A stretch of 63,847 nt of DNA, filler included. It is 8 parts of 8 records of this genome, joined end to end, with 100 filler letters (N's around TTAATTAATTAA, not from the genome) between each part and the next. Parts side by side here need not be neighbours in the genome. Positions count along the whole stretch, not along the records: positions 17,935 to 27,270 come from SRR31147125_4745; positions 27,371 to 36,826 come from SRR31147125_4750; 6 more parts are not named here. One strand, 5' to 3'. The first letter of the stretch is position 1; every line of letters begins with the position of its first letter. Of this stretch, positions 21,160 through 31,855 are shown in pieces. Both the position numbers and the translations under genes were made by a program. The notes beneath the pieces were generated by a model. That model was not told the DNA's origin, ran no database searches, and saw nothing but the letters and a program-made list of their open reading frames with translations.

Positions 21160-21762
21160 CTAAGATTTCAGCTCATTCAGAATTTGCCTACTCTCTTCAT
21201 CATGATAATTCATCTCTATTTCATCCATTGTTAAACCAACAAACTCATGACTCATATAATGAATCCATGTATCCTTATCAGGAGATTCTATAACATGTTT
21301 TCTGCAGTAATAATCTGGTTGAAACGGTAAATGTTCCTCTTTGTATGTAGGAACTTTATAATCATGTACCGCAATTTTTAAATCTTCCCTGGGTATGCCT
21401 TTTTCCATAATGACTTCACAAAGTTTGTTAATGGTTTTCCCGGTATCAAAGATATCATCGACCAGCATGATTTTATCACCCGTTCTCAGATGTTCGGGAG
21501 AATATGTCCAGCCGTCAATCATTACTTTTGACTGCATTCTGACATCTGAATAAGATCGTGCAACTACAGCCGCGTAAAAAACAGGGCGTTTTGATTTTCG
21601 AACAAGTTTATAATACTCACTGAATACATTCGCGAGATATGCACCGCCTCTTAGCGAAGTATAAATTATATCCGGGATAAAATTATCATCTTTGTGAATT
21701 GAATGAACTAATTTTAATGCATTGTCCCGAATCATTTCAGGAGATAAAAACTCTTTTTTCAT
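21160..21762 (-). CDS. Phosphoribosyltransferase
   Basis: PRPP-binding 'LVDDIFDTGKT', 'SLRGG'. Confidence 0.85.
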   Translation of the reverse strand: MKKEFLSPEMIRDNALKLVHSIHKDDNFIPDIIYTSLRGGAYLANVFSEYYKLVRKSKRPVFYAAVVARSYSDVRMQSKVMIDGWTYSPEHLRTGDKIMLVDDIFDTGKTINKLCEVIMEKGIPREDLKIAVHDYKVPTYKEEHLPFQPDYYCRKHVIESPDKDTWIHYMSHEFVGLTMDEIEMNYHDEESRQILNELKS

Positions 21763-23300
21763 AATACCTGCCTTTTTACTGTTGTTGTAAAATTTTCATT
21801 GCCACGAATATAATCCACTGAAAATCGCCATGGTAATTCTGATAATACCTGGTAAAAATCAGCAGTAGAATTCATTTCTTCATTATCAATAGTAGTGATT
21901 ATATCATAATTTCTTAAACCGGCATTATAGAATGGATTTGAGCTATCCGCACCACTCATATAAAAAAGAAGCAGACCATCTGTTTTACGGGAGATATCCA
22001 TACTTTCCCGAATATCATCATTCAGGGGTTGTACGATAATTCCCGGCCAGAGCATTGAAACATTACTTTCAATTACTTCATTGGATTTTCTTTCTTCAAG
22101 TTTTATGGCAAGTACCTGCTTTTCACCATTCCTGATGATATTCACATCAAGTTTGACATCAATACTTGCGTTGCTGATAAGCCTGGACAATTCTTCCGTA
22201 CTAGTGACTTCCTGGTTATTAAACCCGGTAATCAAATCACCAGGCTGCAATCCGCCTTTTTCTGCTGGAGATCCCATATAGATATTTGCAATGAAAACCC
22301 CATCTTTATCTTCCAGCCCTAAATCTATAAAGAAAGTATCTGATTCACTGGTATCAATCATTGATACTCCAAGCCACCCATCCCTAACTTTTCCATATTC
22401 GAGAATTTCTCCGATTATATTTTTTGCGTTATTAATGGGAATTGCAAAGCCAAGGCCGATACTGCCTCCTGAAGGAGCTGCAATCCAGGTATTGATACCA
22501 ATAACTTCACCATAAATATTTACAAGTGGTCCACCGGAATTACCCTGATTAATTGATGCATCAGTTTGAATGAAATCATTAATATTATTTATTTGGCTTC
22601 CCGATCTCCCAAGGGCACTGACTATACCGGCTGTAACACTTGAGTAATATCCGTAAGGACTTCCCATAGCAAGAACCCAGTCCCCTACATTCAATACATC
22701 TGAATCACCTAAAGGTGCCAGTTTTATATCTCTTTCCTCAGTATTGAATGTCACTATCGCTATGTCTCGTCTTGAATCTGTTCCAACCAGTTCTGCCTGA
22801 TAAACACGTTCATCCGATAACACAACATCAATCAAATCTGCTTCACCGGCAACATGATGATTCGTTATGACAAAATACTTATCACCTTCTCGTCGAAATA
22901 TAACACCTGACCCCAGGCTTGTCGCTTCATATTCCTCTGACTCAGGGGTATTGAAAAACCAGGGAAACCCGCCAAATGAGGGAATATCACGCACTATCGT
23001 CTGCGTAACATCTATCTCAACCACAGCAGGTAAAACTGCGTCAACAACAGAATTAAATGCGTTCTGTAACGCAAGAGCCGGATTGAGTAAAGATTGATTG
23101 TTTTGCGCGGAATCTTCGGGAGCTATTCGTAATGTACTTACTTCGGGTTGTTCAATGTCAGCTGAAGCAGAAACATTAGTCAGCTCAATATCGGAACCTG
23201 CAAAAAGATTCCCTATGGCAAAAACCAAAATAAAGCTTACAAGGATAATAGTGATGGAAACTACGGGTTTCTTCATTCGTTTTACAATAAACTTTTTCAT
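21759..23300 (-). CDS. degP: DegP/HtrA serine protease with two PDZ domains
   Basis: 'LGSGVI', 'TNHHV', 'IQTDASINQGNSGGPL'. Confidence 0.92.
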   Translation of the reverse strand: MKKFIVKRMKKPVVSITIILVSFILVFAIGNLFAGSDIELTNVSASADIEQPEVSTLRIAPEDSAQNNQSLLNPALALQNAFNSVVDAVLPAVVEIDVTQTIVRDIPSFGGFPWFFNTPESEEYEATSLGSGVIFRREGDKYFVITNHHVAGEADLIDVVLSDERVYQAELVGTDSRRDIAIVTFNTEERDIKLAPLGDSDVLNVGDWVLAMGSPYGYYSSVTAGIVSALGRSGSQINNINDFIQTDASINQGNSGGPLVNIYGEVIGINTWIAAPSGGSIGLGFAIPINNAKNIIGEILEYGKVRDGWLGVSMIDTSESDTFFIDLGLEDKDGVFIANIYMGSPAEKGGLQPGDLITGFNNQEVTSTEELSRLISNASIDVKLDVNIIRNGEKQVLAIKLEERKSNEVIESNVSMLWPGIIVQPLNDDIRESMDISRKTDGLLLFYMSGADSSNPFYNAGLRNYDIITTIDNEEMNSTADFYQVLSELPWRFSVDYIRGNENFTTTVKRQVL

Positions 23301-23323
23301 AAAAGTACCTCACATGAAAGATA

Positions 23324-24070
23324 TTAATAAGCAGTCAACACCTCAATGTGATCTTTATGAACGACTATGGTATGTTCCCAGTGTGCAGAGGGAGTTCCAT
23401 CAGCCGTTACGACCGTCCACCCATCATCTAAATGCTTTATGCGATGAGTCCCTAAATTTATCATCGGTTCAATTGCCAATACCATGCCGGGGCGAATTCT
23501 TGGATTTAATCCAGAACTCACATAATTAGGAATCTGCGGTTCTTCATGCAGCGCAAGCCCCACACCATGTCCGCAATATTCACGAACAACCCCATATCCA
23601 TGTGAATCTGCCACCTTAAACACAGCTTTTGAAATATCACCAATCCTTCTGCCTTTTCCTGCTGCATCAATAGCAGCTTGAAGACATTGTTTTGTAACAG
23701 AAACAAGTTCTGATATCTCAGGATCAACCTCACCAACAAGGATTGTCTGTGCGGCATCACTAAAATAACCATTCAGAATCACACCGATGTCTATACTGAC
23801 TATATCTCCGGATTTCACTATTCGGTCACCCGGTATCCCATGAATGATTTCTTCATTCACAGAAATACAGATAGAGGCAGGATAGTCCATATAACCGAGA
23901 AATGCAGGAATAGCTCCGTTTTTTGTGATAAATTGGTGACAATAGGCATCAATTTCGCCCGTAGTCAATCCTTCTTTCACAATTCCCGGTAATGATTGAT
24001 GCAAATCAGCCAGTATAGCAGCTGATTCTCGAATCCCTTGTATTTGTCTTTCAGTTTTTAAAGTAATCAT
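23324..24070 (-). CDS. map: Methionine aminopeptidase type I
   Basis: 'CISVNE...HGIP', 'GHGVG..LHEEP', 'AIEPM', 'SAHWEHT'. Confidence 0.97.
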   Translation of the reverse strand: MITLKTERQIQGIRESAAILADLHQSLPGIVKEGLTTGEIDAYCHQFITKNGAIPAFLGYMDYPASICISVNEEIIHGIPGDRIVKSGDIVSIDIGVILNGYFSDAAQTILVGEVDPEISELVSVTKQCLQAAIDAAGKGRRIGDISKAVFKVADSHGYGVVREYCGHGVGLALHEEPQIPNYVSSGLNPRIRPGMVLAIEPMINLGTHRIKHLDDGWTVVTADGTPSAHWEHTIVVHKDHIEVLTAY

Positions 24071-24489
24071 AATTCTTTTTTTCGGATAGTATCTAACATA
24101 CCATTTATATATTTATAACTGATATTTGAACTATATTCCTGTGATAATGTTAAAGCTTCGTCAATAATAACTGTCGGGTGTACACTTTTTTGATATAAAA
24201 GCATGAATATGCTTATACGCAGGATATTTCTATCCACACGTTCAATATTTTCCAGCGTTCTTTTTTCTGAATATTTTGAGATAATAGCATCGATTTGTTT
24301 GATATGCTCAATGGTTCCGCTAACGAGGTAATTTACATAAGTCGTAAATTCCATGGAAAATGAATTGATTTCATCATCTGGCACAGCAGGAAAATTTACA
24401 CTTTCCTGCTCTTCTCCGATATTTCCATGAAAATCCAAAGAGTATAGGGCCCGTAGTGCAAATTCTCTGGCTTTATGACGCGAACTCAT
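24067..24489 (-). CDS. nusB: Transcription antitermination factor NusB
   Basis: 'RHKAREFAL.ALY', 'DRNILR', 'IDEA', 'YINGMLD'. Confidence 0.92.
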   Translation of the reverse strand: MSSRHKAREFALRALYSLDFHGNIGEEQESVNFPAVPDDEINSFSMEFTTYVNYLVSGTIEHIKQIDAIISKYSEKRTLENIERVDRNILRISIFMLLYQKSVHPTVIIDEALTLSQEYSSNISYKYINGMLDTIRKKEL

Positions 24490-24528
24490 TAAAGATGTCC
24501 TTTAGTCTCTTAACATTCAAGGTTAAGA

Positions 24529-25554
24529 TTACAGTAAAATAGTTACTTCAGCCTCATCCAGAAGTTCCTGGACCAATTCAGCGACAGCTATACTATAACT
24601 ATTCTGTTGGTTTTCAACATATAATGTTTGACTAATATATTGTCTAACAGTTTTCACGTTATCCGGGGTCAGCGTATCGTCAAGTCCAAGAATTTTCGGG
24701 TAACGATGTTCATCTATCCTCACGATATGATATCCGGAAACAGATTCAACAACTTCAGAAATTTCACCCTCTTCCAGAGCGAATACGACATCAAAAAAGT
24801 CGTCGCCAAGTATTTGCCTGTTCGCTGTATCATCTATGGCAAACCAACCAATATTTCCACCAAGAAATTTTGTATTTTCATCTTGTGAGTAGGCTACTAC
24901 TAAATCATCAAAACTTTTTCCTGAAAAATTCAGTTCGCGCAGAACATCACCTGCTTTCTCAGCGGGGTTCTGCCCAACAGCATTTGATTTTGAAAAGTAG
25001 ATATGTGAAAGTTTAACATATTCAGAATTAATGAAAGATGCCGCATTCTTTTTATAAAAAATCTCAATTTCATCCTCAGAGGGGGCAGGTATAGAATTTA
25101 TTACATCACTCTTTGCGCTTCTGATATAGCTGCTGACAATATACTGTTCTCGAACGCTTTCCTTATAAGCTTCCAATCCCATACCAGTTGCCTGCAATAG
25201 GACATTTGAAAACTCTTCATCAGTAATTGCGCGGCCAACCTGGCTTTCAATATTTTTCTTCTGGTTTAAAATTACAGAATTAAGATCTGCTTCAGATAAT
25301 ACAATACCGGCCCTTTCTGCTCCCTGTAAAACCAATACATCATTAATCATGACTTTAAGTACAGCTTCATCGGTCAGAACCTGATTTGGGTTTTCCGCCT
25401 GCATCTCTTCGATTTTTGCATCAAGCTGTTCTCTTGAAATCATTTCTGGTTTTATTAAATTAACCGCAGCAACCGGCTGAAGCATCATTTGAGAATAAAC
25501 CGGTGTAATAATGAGAACGAATAAAAGAAAAATTATCAGTAAACGCTTTTTCAT
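24529..25554 (-). CDS. SurA/PrsA-like parvulin peptidyl-prolyl isomerase
   Basis: Signal peptide; 'LSHI', 'F..L...YSQD...GGNIGW', 'S.VVES..GYHIV'. Confidence 0.85.
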   Translation of the reverse strand: MKKRLLIIFLLFVLIITPVYSQMMLQPVAAVNLIKPEMISREQLDAKIEEMQAENPNQVLTDEAVLKVMINDVLVLQGAERAGIVLSEADLNSVILNQKKNIESQVGRAITDEEFSNVLLQATGMGLEAYKESVREQYIVSSYIRSAKSDVINSIPAPSEDEIEIFYKKNAASFINSEYVKLSHIYFSKSNAVGQNPAEKAGDVLRELNFSGKSFDDLVVAYSQDENTKFLGGNIGWFAIDDTANRQILGDDFFDVVFALEEGEISEVVESVSGYHIVRIDEHRYPKILGLDDTLTPDNVKTVRQYISQTLYVENQQNSYSIAVAELVQELLDEAEVTILL

Positions 25555-25569
25555 GTAAAATCTCCAATA

Positions 25570-25986
25570 TTATTTGCTGATATGCAGTCGTTTCCCAATT
25601 TCTTTCGCGTCTTCTTTACTTTTAAGAATTCCGGAATTTTTCAGGAACATCCCTTCAAATTCCATAGCTTTCATCAACGTACTTAACGTCTTTCCAGTTC
25701 TGAATCCTTTTTTAAGAATAAAGGCAAATGAACGTTTCCCCGATATTGTTCCGCATTGCGCAAGATACGTCTTTAGTTTTGGCGGTATTTTTCCGCCAAA
25801 AGTAGATATGGTCTCTGTTCCCACTATCAGATAATCATAAAAAGTCAGCTTTTTTTCGCTTTCCAATATTGAATCAATGATATCAACAGTGTGTCCATCG
25901 GAAGAAATACCTTCTGACAGTCCTTTTGCAATATCAAAAATTTTATTCTTTGAGCCTACGTAGTGTACTACGATACCGACTTTCAT
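25570..25986 (-). CDS. Flavodoxin-like fold protein
   Basis: 'IAKGLSEGI...GH.VDII', 'YDYLIVGT....GG'. Confidence 0.65.
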   Translation of the reverse strand: MKVGIVVHYVGSKNKIFDIAKGLSEGISSDGHTVDIIDSILESEKKLTFYDYLIVGTETISTFGGKIPPKLKTYLAQCGTISGKRSFAFILKKGFRTGKTLSTLMKAMEFEGMFLKNSGILKSKEDAKEIGKRLHISK

Positions 25987-26007
25987 GATTCCCTCCTGAA
26001 AGTTTGT

Positions 26008-26336
26008 TTATTCACTTTCTCCGCTGCTGGTATCAGAATTCCACCAGTTCTCAGTTTGTACTACTTGATCACTTTCTACAGCATCAAGTAAATCAGTACT
26101 GTCTGGAGTTCTGTTTATAAATCCCAGTGTAAATGCCAGAATAAAAAACGAAGCTCCGACAATATAGGTCAGTTTTGTCAGTATATTTCCAGACTGTGTT
26201 CCGAAAGTTGTATCGCTTGCGCCGCCAAAAATTCCGCCCAGTCCCTGACTGTTTTCATCCTGTATTACTACCAGTAAAATAAGAAGCAAACAAACTATAA
26301 CAAATAATACTAAAAGTATAATCCCAAAACACCCAT
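26008..26336 (-). CDS. secG: Preprotein translocase subunit SecG (1-bp frameshift just after the ATG)
   Basis: 'LLILLVVIQ....GLGGIFGG...L.KLT'; ATG at 26336 with GGAG RBS is one base out of frame. Confidence 0.85.
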
Positions 26337-26374
26337 AAAGTTACTCCAAATAAAATTGTTTTATTATTAAATTT

Positions 26375-27121
26375 CTAAAATTTAACTATTTTTCCGAACG
26401 AATCGGCTTTCAGAGATGCTCCGCCAACCAGCGCACCATCAATATTCTCTTTTCCCATAAGAGCTGCAGCATTTTCAGGTTTAACTGATCCGCCATACTG
26501 AATAATAATCGCTTCAGAAGCAGCCGCACTATACAATTCTTTAATCTCATTGCGGATAAACTGGTGAACATTGTCAGCATCTTCCGGCGTAGCGGTTCTG
26601 CCGGTACCAATAGCCCAGACTGGTTCATACGCTATCGTTACTTTTCCAAGTTCTTCCTGCGTTACCCCAGTTAAACCGCCTTTCAGCTGATTCCCAACAA
26701 CATCCTCAACTTTACCGGATTCTCTCTCTTCCAGTGTTTCACCAACACACAGTATGACCTCAAATCCATGGCTTAATGCAAGTTTTACTTTTCGGTTGAT
26801 AAATGCATCGACTTCACCATAAAGTGCTCGTCTCTCAGAATGTCCCAAAATAACAACATCGACTCCAATATCCTTCAGCATAGCAGGTGAAACTTCACCA
26901 GTATGAGCACCAGATTCCTGATCCGACATGTTTTGAGCACCTAACAGAATACTTGATTCTTTCACAACTTCAGCAACTGCCGGTATTGTCGTAAACGGAG
27001 GAGCAACCATCACTTTAGCGTCAGTTGTATCTACCATTTTAAGAAGTTCCTGAGCAAAAGCTTTTCCTTCAGTCGCTGTCATATTCATTTTCCAATTGCC
27101 GGCAATAAATAATTTTCTCAT
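26375..27121 (-). CDS. tpiA: Triosephosphate isomerase
   Basis: 'AGNWKMN', 'GHSERR', 'AYEPVWAIGTG', 'YGGSV'. Confidence 0.98.
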   Translation of the reverse strand: MRKLFIAGNWKMNMTATEGKAFAQELLKMVDTTDAKVMVAPPFTTIPAVAEVVKESSILLGAQNMSDQESGAHTGEVSPAMLKDIGVDVVILGHSERRALYGEVDAFINRKVKLALSHGFEVILCVGETLEERESGKVEDVVGNQLKGGLTGVTQEELGKVTIAYEPVWAIGTGRTATPEDADNVHQFIRNEIKELYSAAASEAIIIQYGGSVKPENAAALMGKENIDGALVGGASLKADSFGKIVKF

Positions 27122-27140
27122 GTTAATTGTTCTCCGTATA

Positions 27141-27270
27141 TTATTGTAATAAGGCAGCTATTCCCGGCAGTGACTTACCTTCCAGAAATTCGAGAGAGGC
27201 TCCACCACCAGTCGATACATGGTCTATTTTTTCAGAAAACCCAAATTTATTTACCGCAGCAACAGAATCC
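27141..27270 (-). CDS. pgk: Phosphoglycerate kinase C-terminus (partial)
   Basis: Reads [42 protein letters not shown]. Confidence 0.95.
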
Positions 27271-27370
27271 NNNNNNNNNNNNNNNNNNNNNNNNNNNNNN
27301 NNNNNNNNNNNNNNTTAATTAATTAANNNNNNNNNNNNNNNNNNNNNNNNNNNNNNNNNNNNNNNNNNNN

Positions 27371-28738
27371 ATTTGAATAAAGAAGATAATAAGCAATCAT
27401 TGTATCAAAATGAAGGTTTTTAATAGAAAAGTCTTCGTTCAATACGTTTTTAAATTTATATGATATAAAGTTCTTATCACAATCAAAAATTGATTGAATA
27501 GCTTTTTTAGATAGATTGACAGCACCTAAATAATTATGTCTATATGGTAAGTATGCAGTTTTTTTATCAGTTAGGAAGGTAAATCCAGCTCCGTTAAAAT
27601 AAAATATTACCTCTTTACCTAGCTCTTTTATAAATTCAGCTACTTCAGCATCACTTTTTATTATTACTCGCTCTCTCGTTTTTCTTTCGAAACTCTCTTC
27701 TGAGGTTTCGTCTTCATTATTCATATTATCCGAACCAAACAAATCTTCAATAATCTCAGATTCTTCCTCTTTAACCTCTCCAAATGTTTGGTTAAAAAGA
27801 GTCATTGTTGGATTTGAATTTTCTTTTTTCTTAACTTCTCCAGCTAATTTATCTAATCCGAATTTTGATATAAATGACTTAAAATTAAGTCTCTGGCTTA
27901 TATCTTTTAACTTTAATTTATTAACACCTTTATATTGCATCTCATCTAGATTAATTTCAATCTCAATTCCAACTTCAATAACAGCTAATTCTCTACTTAA
28001 AAAAGCCATATCCTTGTCTTCGATAATATTATTTACTAATGATTTACCTATCCCTTTAAATTCAATAAGTGAATCAATATTCTCGTAAATACCTTCTAAA
28101 TTTCCGTATTTCTCTAACATAGGAATAGCTTTTTTCTCCCCCACTTTTCTTACACCTGGGATTCCATCACTAGAATCTCCAATAAGTCCAAATAAATCAG
28201 GTATCATATCTGGTTTTACTCCAAGGTGAGCTATACAATCGCCATCATCTTTTAGATACTTTAATTTACTCTTCCCCTCACCTTTTCCAAGTAAACATAT
28301 ATTTATATTTTCATCAATTAGTTGGGCTAAATCTTTATCTCCAGTTATTATATATACTTCAACGCCCTCTTTGCCTAATTTTTTAGCAAGAGTTCCCATA
28401 ACATCATCAGCTTCATAACCTTCAACTTTAAATCTCTCTATATTTAAAGCATCAATCATATTATCAACTTCTGAAAGTTGAGCTGCCAAATCATCTGGCA
28501 TAGGTTTTCTATTAGCTTTATACTCCTCATATTTTTCTGTTCTTTTTAATGTAGCTCTTTTAACGTCGAATGCAGCCATCACATAATCTGGTTTTATCTC
28601 TTCTATAACTGTCGTGATCGTATTCGCTAAACCATAAACTGCTCCTGTTGGTTTTCCTTCTCTATTTCTCATATTCATCAATGAATAAAATGATCTATAC
28701 ATTATCGCACTTGTATCAAGTATTACGGCTTTTTTCAT
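27371..28738 (-). CDS. polA: DNA polymerase I, N-terminal part (partial)
   Basis: 5'-3' exonuclease motifs 'YKANR', 'GYEADD', 'TGDKDL.QL', 'GD.SD.IPGV..VGEK'. Confidence 0.93.
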
Positions 28739-28905
28739 TTCTTTACCTCCCAAGGTAGAGCTAACTATATTTGTCAGTTTAACTAAGTCTTTATATTATT
28801 AATTCTCATAATTTTTCATAATATTATAACATAATTTTTGCTCTAATATAAGAAAAAGGTCAAAGTTTATTGCTTAACAAGAAAAAATAAAAAAGGGAGA
28901 AATTA

Positions 28906-29061
28906 TTATTTCTCCCAAAGCTTTTTAGCTATTTTTCCCCAAATATTATTCTCAGTTTCTTCATTATCTTTTATCTTATAATAATTCCGCATGATGCTTT
29001 GAACTCCAACAGCTAGATATATTATTAATAATGTTACAACTAAGTTTAATGGATGTCCCAT
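28906..29061 (-). CDS. Unlisted 51-aa single-TM small protein
   Basis: AGGAGG RBS; MGHPLNLVVTLLIIYLAVGVQSIMRNYYKIKDNEETENNIWGKIAKKLWEK*; stop lies inside a GGGAGAAAT/ATTTCTCCC-U terminator. Confidence 0.7.
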   Translation of the reverse strand: MGHPLNLVVTLLIIYLAVGVQSIMRNYYKIKDNEETENNIWGKIAKKLWEK

Positions 29062-29166
29062 AATTCCTCCTAAATAATTTATTGAATCAAACCCTATTTA
29101 GGTTTTTATCTTAACATATTTAATAGATTATAACATATTTAATAATAAATATAAAAATTGTTTTAT

Positions 29167-29210
29167 AAAAACTAAGTGACTTCTGATTGTCTAGAAGCCA
29201 CTTAGTTTTT
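29167..29210. terminator. Bidirectional-type terminator
   Basis: AAAAACTAAGTGACTTCT...AGAAGCCACTTAGTTTTT. Confidence 0.7.
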
Positions 29211-29383
29211 TATTTATTTTCTTTTTTTGTCTCTTCATCATCCAATATTAACAAGCTTCTCAGAGATTCAAATATCTCATCGTCTAAAGCTTCCTCTTCT
29301 TCTATCTCTAAATCTTTAATAGTTATTGCTAATTCAGCTATATGACTTAATTCTTCTTTTGATACTTCTACATATCTTCTCAT
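29210..29383 (-). CDS. Unlisted 57-aa highly acidic small protein
   Basis: AAAGGAGG RBS; MRRYVEVSKEELSHIAELAITIKDLEIEEEEALDDEIFESLRSLLILDDEETKKENK*; terminator follows. Confidence 0.7.
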   Translation of the reverse strand: MRRYVEVSKEELSHIAELAITIKDLEIEEEEALDDEIFESLRSLLILDDEETKKENK

Positions 29384-29705
29384 AATCTTCGCCTCCTTTG
29401 TTACTTTAAGCGATAATAAATATAATAATCATACCAACTCTTCTATTACTTAGATTATATATTTTTATACTTAGATATATGTGAAGATATATTTTAAGTT
29501 AAAATTAACGCAATTTTCATATTTTTTTCATATTAAATTATAAATATTCTTTAATAAAATGATTTATTTACGACGTTTTACCCTTTAATAACTAAAGTAT
29601 GTTAGTATTTTAAAATGACAAAGTCATAAAATTTTACTCTTTCAAAACTTTAGTTATAAGCTTTTGAAAGAGTTTCCAGAATTTTATCTAAAAATTATCT
29701 TAAAT

Positions 29706-30323
29706 TTACCTATAAATATCTAGAATATCTTTTACATTAAAATATTTTTTCTCAATTACCTCTTTTGCTTCAGGCATTAGTTTATTCCAACTTCTTGTTA
29801 TTTTTTCATTTACCCATATTGCTCCTTCACTTACCCCTAAACCTTTCACTTGATAAGCTAACTTCAGTAAAGATACAAAGTGGTGAATATGTGCCATAGC
29901 GTCAGCACTTGCTACACATGCTGCTTCAACACTTGTATACTCAATTCTAACACTTCCTCTATGTTGGACAATGCATTCCTTTACTTTAGTTATTCTGTCA
30001 TCAGGATAATTATAGGACTTTAGTATTCTTTCAGCCTCTTTTGCTCCATGTATATGATGATTTTCTTGTAAAGAATACTCCTTCACTGATGCAAAATCAT
30101 GTAGAATTGCCGCTATTTCCACTATCTCTTCATCAGCATTTAACTTTTGTGCGAGAAGTTTTGCATACTTTATCACATCAACAATATGATATTTCCAGAT
30201 ATCATAAGTATAAAAATTCCTTTCTAGTTTACAGGTCTCTTCCATTAACTTAGTAATATCTTTTATCATCATTTTTCTGTCCATCTTTATAACCCTTTCG
30301 TATCTAAAGTTTAAGTAATTCAA
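29706..30323 (-). CDS. HD domain phosphohydrolase
   Basis: 'H..DV', 'AAILHD', 'HH..GA', 'I..HRG', 'ASADAM'; true start may be MDRK at 30284. Confidence 0.85.
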   Translation of the reverse strand: MNYLNFRYERVIKMDRKMMIKDITKLMEETCKLERNFYTYDIWKYHIVDVIKYAKLLAQKLNADEEIVEIAAILHDFASVKEYSLQENHHIHGAKEAERILKSYNYPDDRITKVKECIVQHRGSVRIEYTSVEAACVASADAMAHIHHFVSLLKLAYQVKGLGVSEGAIWVNEKITRSWNKLMPEAKEVIEKKYFNVKDILDIYR

Positions 30324-31032
30324 TCACATTCAATTTAGTATCATAGAAATTTCTATTCTTCACTAGCTTAACTTTTGATTTATCTATTAGTTTTATTATC
30401 TCATCAATTTCCTGCCAGCTTCTTTTATTTATTATTACAATTCTTCCGCTAGTCTTAGTTACTCTAATCATTTCATCAATTGATTTTCTTATATCTGTGA
30501 AATACATTAAACCGTTAACACAAAATACTAAATCAAATCTCTTTTGTCCATAGGGAAGTTCCTCTGCTAAACCACATGACAACTCTGAATCAATACCCCA
30601 CTTTTTTAAGTTTGATTTACACTTCTTAAGCATACCGTACGACAGATCAATACCATAGTATTTCGCATCTTTTGGTAACAGTTTTATATTAGTCCCTGTT
30701 CCAATAGCCACTTCCAAAACAGATTTTTCATGACCTTTTACAGCTATTTCACTTGAAAAATTCTTTCTAATTTCCTCTAATTTACCACTTTTACCCCTGA
30801 AACCACATATCAATTTTAACACCAATTCATAAATTGGGCTAATTGCATTAAATATTTGGGCATATTTCTTCTCTTCCTCTTTCAGTGATTTTTCTTCTAA
30901 AAACACCCCAATATTATTCTTTATTAAGTACTTTGATTTTGTCCTAGAATTAACTAAATATTTTTTCTCTTTTTCCTCAATTAACCTAAGCCCCTCTTTA
31001 GTTTTTGGGCAACAAACATAATCTAAATTCAC
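30304..31032 (-). CDS. Class I SAM methyltransferase with Trm112-like N-terminus
   Basis: 'LDYVCCPKTK..L', 'VLEVAIGTG', 'GIDLS..ML', 'AEELPY...FD'. Confidence 0.8.
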   Translation of the reverse strand: MNLDYVCCPKTKEGLRLIEEKEKKYLVNSRTKSKYLIKNNIGVFLEEKSLKEEEKKYAQIFNAISPIYELVLKLICGFRGKSGKLEEIRKNFSSEIAVKGHEKSVLEVAIGTGTNIKLLPKDAKYYGIDLSYGMLKKCKSNLKKWGIDSELSCGLAEELPYGQKRFDLVFCVNGLMYFTDIRKSIDEMIRVTKTSGRIVIINKRSWQEIDEIIKLIDKSKVKLVKNRNFYDTKLNVIELLKL

Positions 31033-31255
31033 TTTTTACCTCCATAGATTCAAGTATTCCATATAGCTCTGCAACAAATCATATTCATATCCTCTATTTA
31101 TATTTAATCAACACAAATATTAAACCATATTTTCATTAATTTCTTCTTAATTCTATAATAATAGATTACATCTTTCTAATTTCACTTCGCTTATTTTCAT
31201 ATTATCAAATAGCGAACTACACTCTTCTATTTATTAACTTTAGTTACAGATATCT

Positions 31256-31666
31256 TTATTCCCAGCTTTCTGCATATTTTTTAAAATTATTAAGAATAGC
31301 TTGCCAACCTTCTCGCTCCACTTCAGGAAAAACAGAACCATCAGCATCAAATTCTTCAATTACTTTAATCCCCACTCTTTTCAAATTTTACAACAACCTC
31401 TCGCCCATCACTTAGGTTGAATTTTATCTTTTTATTTTTTATTATTTCTGTATATTCTCCACAATACTCAAAACCTAAACCATTTTCCTTCTCTTCCATT
31501 CTATATGAAAATTCTCCCCTACATAAAAATCATTTTTCACTGAAGGACAATACCAAGTATCACTTGCGAAATTCCATTTCTTTATACGTTCAGGGTCAAT
31601 CCAGCCTTTCCACACATCTTTTATATCCCTCATAACAACAACTTCAGCACTTATTTTTTTACTCAT
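31256..31666 (-). pseudogene. SRPBCC/AHSA1-like protein, two frameshifts
   Basis: Three frames give 'VW..W..PE.I.KWNFASDTW.CP', 'FSYRME...GFEYCGEY', 'EGWQAILNNFKKYAE*'. Confidence 0.75.
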
Positions 31667-31855
31667 CACTATACCCCCTCTACAAAAGCTTTACTATATT
31701 CAAGAATATAAATCAGTTTCTACATAAGTCAATTTCTATTATAGCTATCAATAACTTTGCTCATTTTTATTTTATTCGATTTTCATAAATATAAACTACA
31801 AAAAAACAACTGACAAAAAGTCCATTTATTATGGATACCTTTTTGTCAGTCTCTA

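Noticed and set aside
26289-26336. secG frameshift as programmed or a pseudogene
   Set aside because: One base missing in a short T/G run of a housekeeping gene; matches other homopolymer under-calls in the window.
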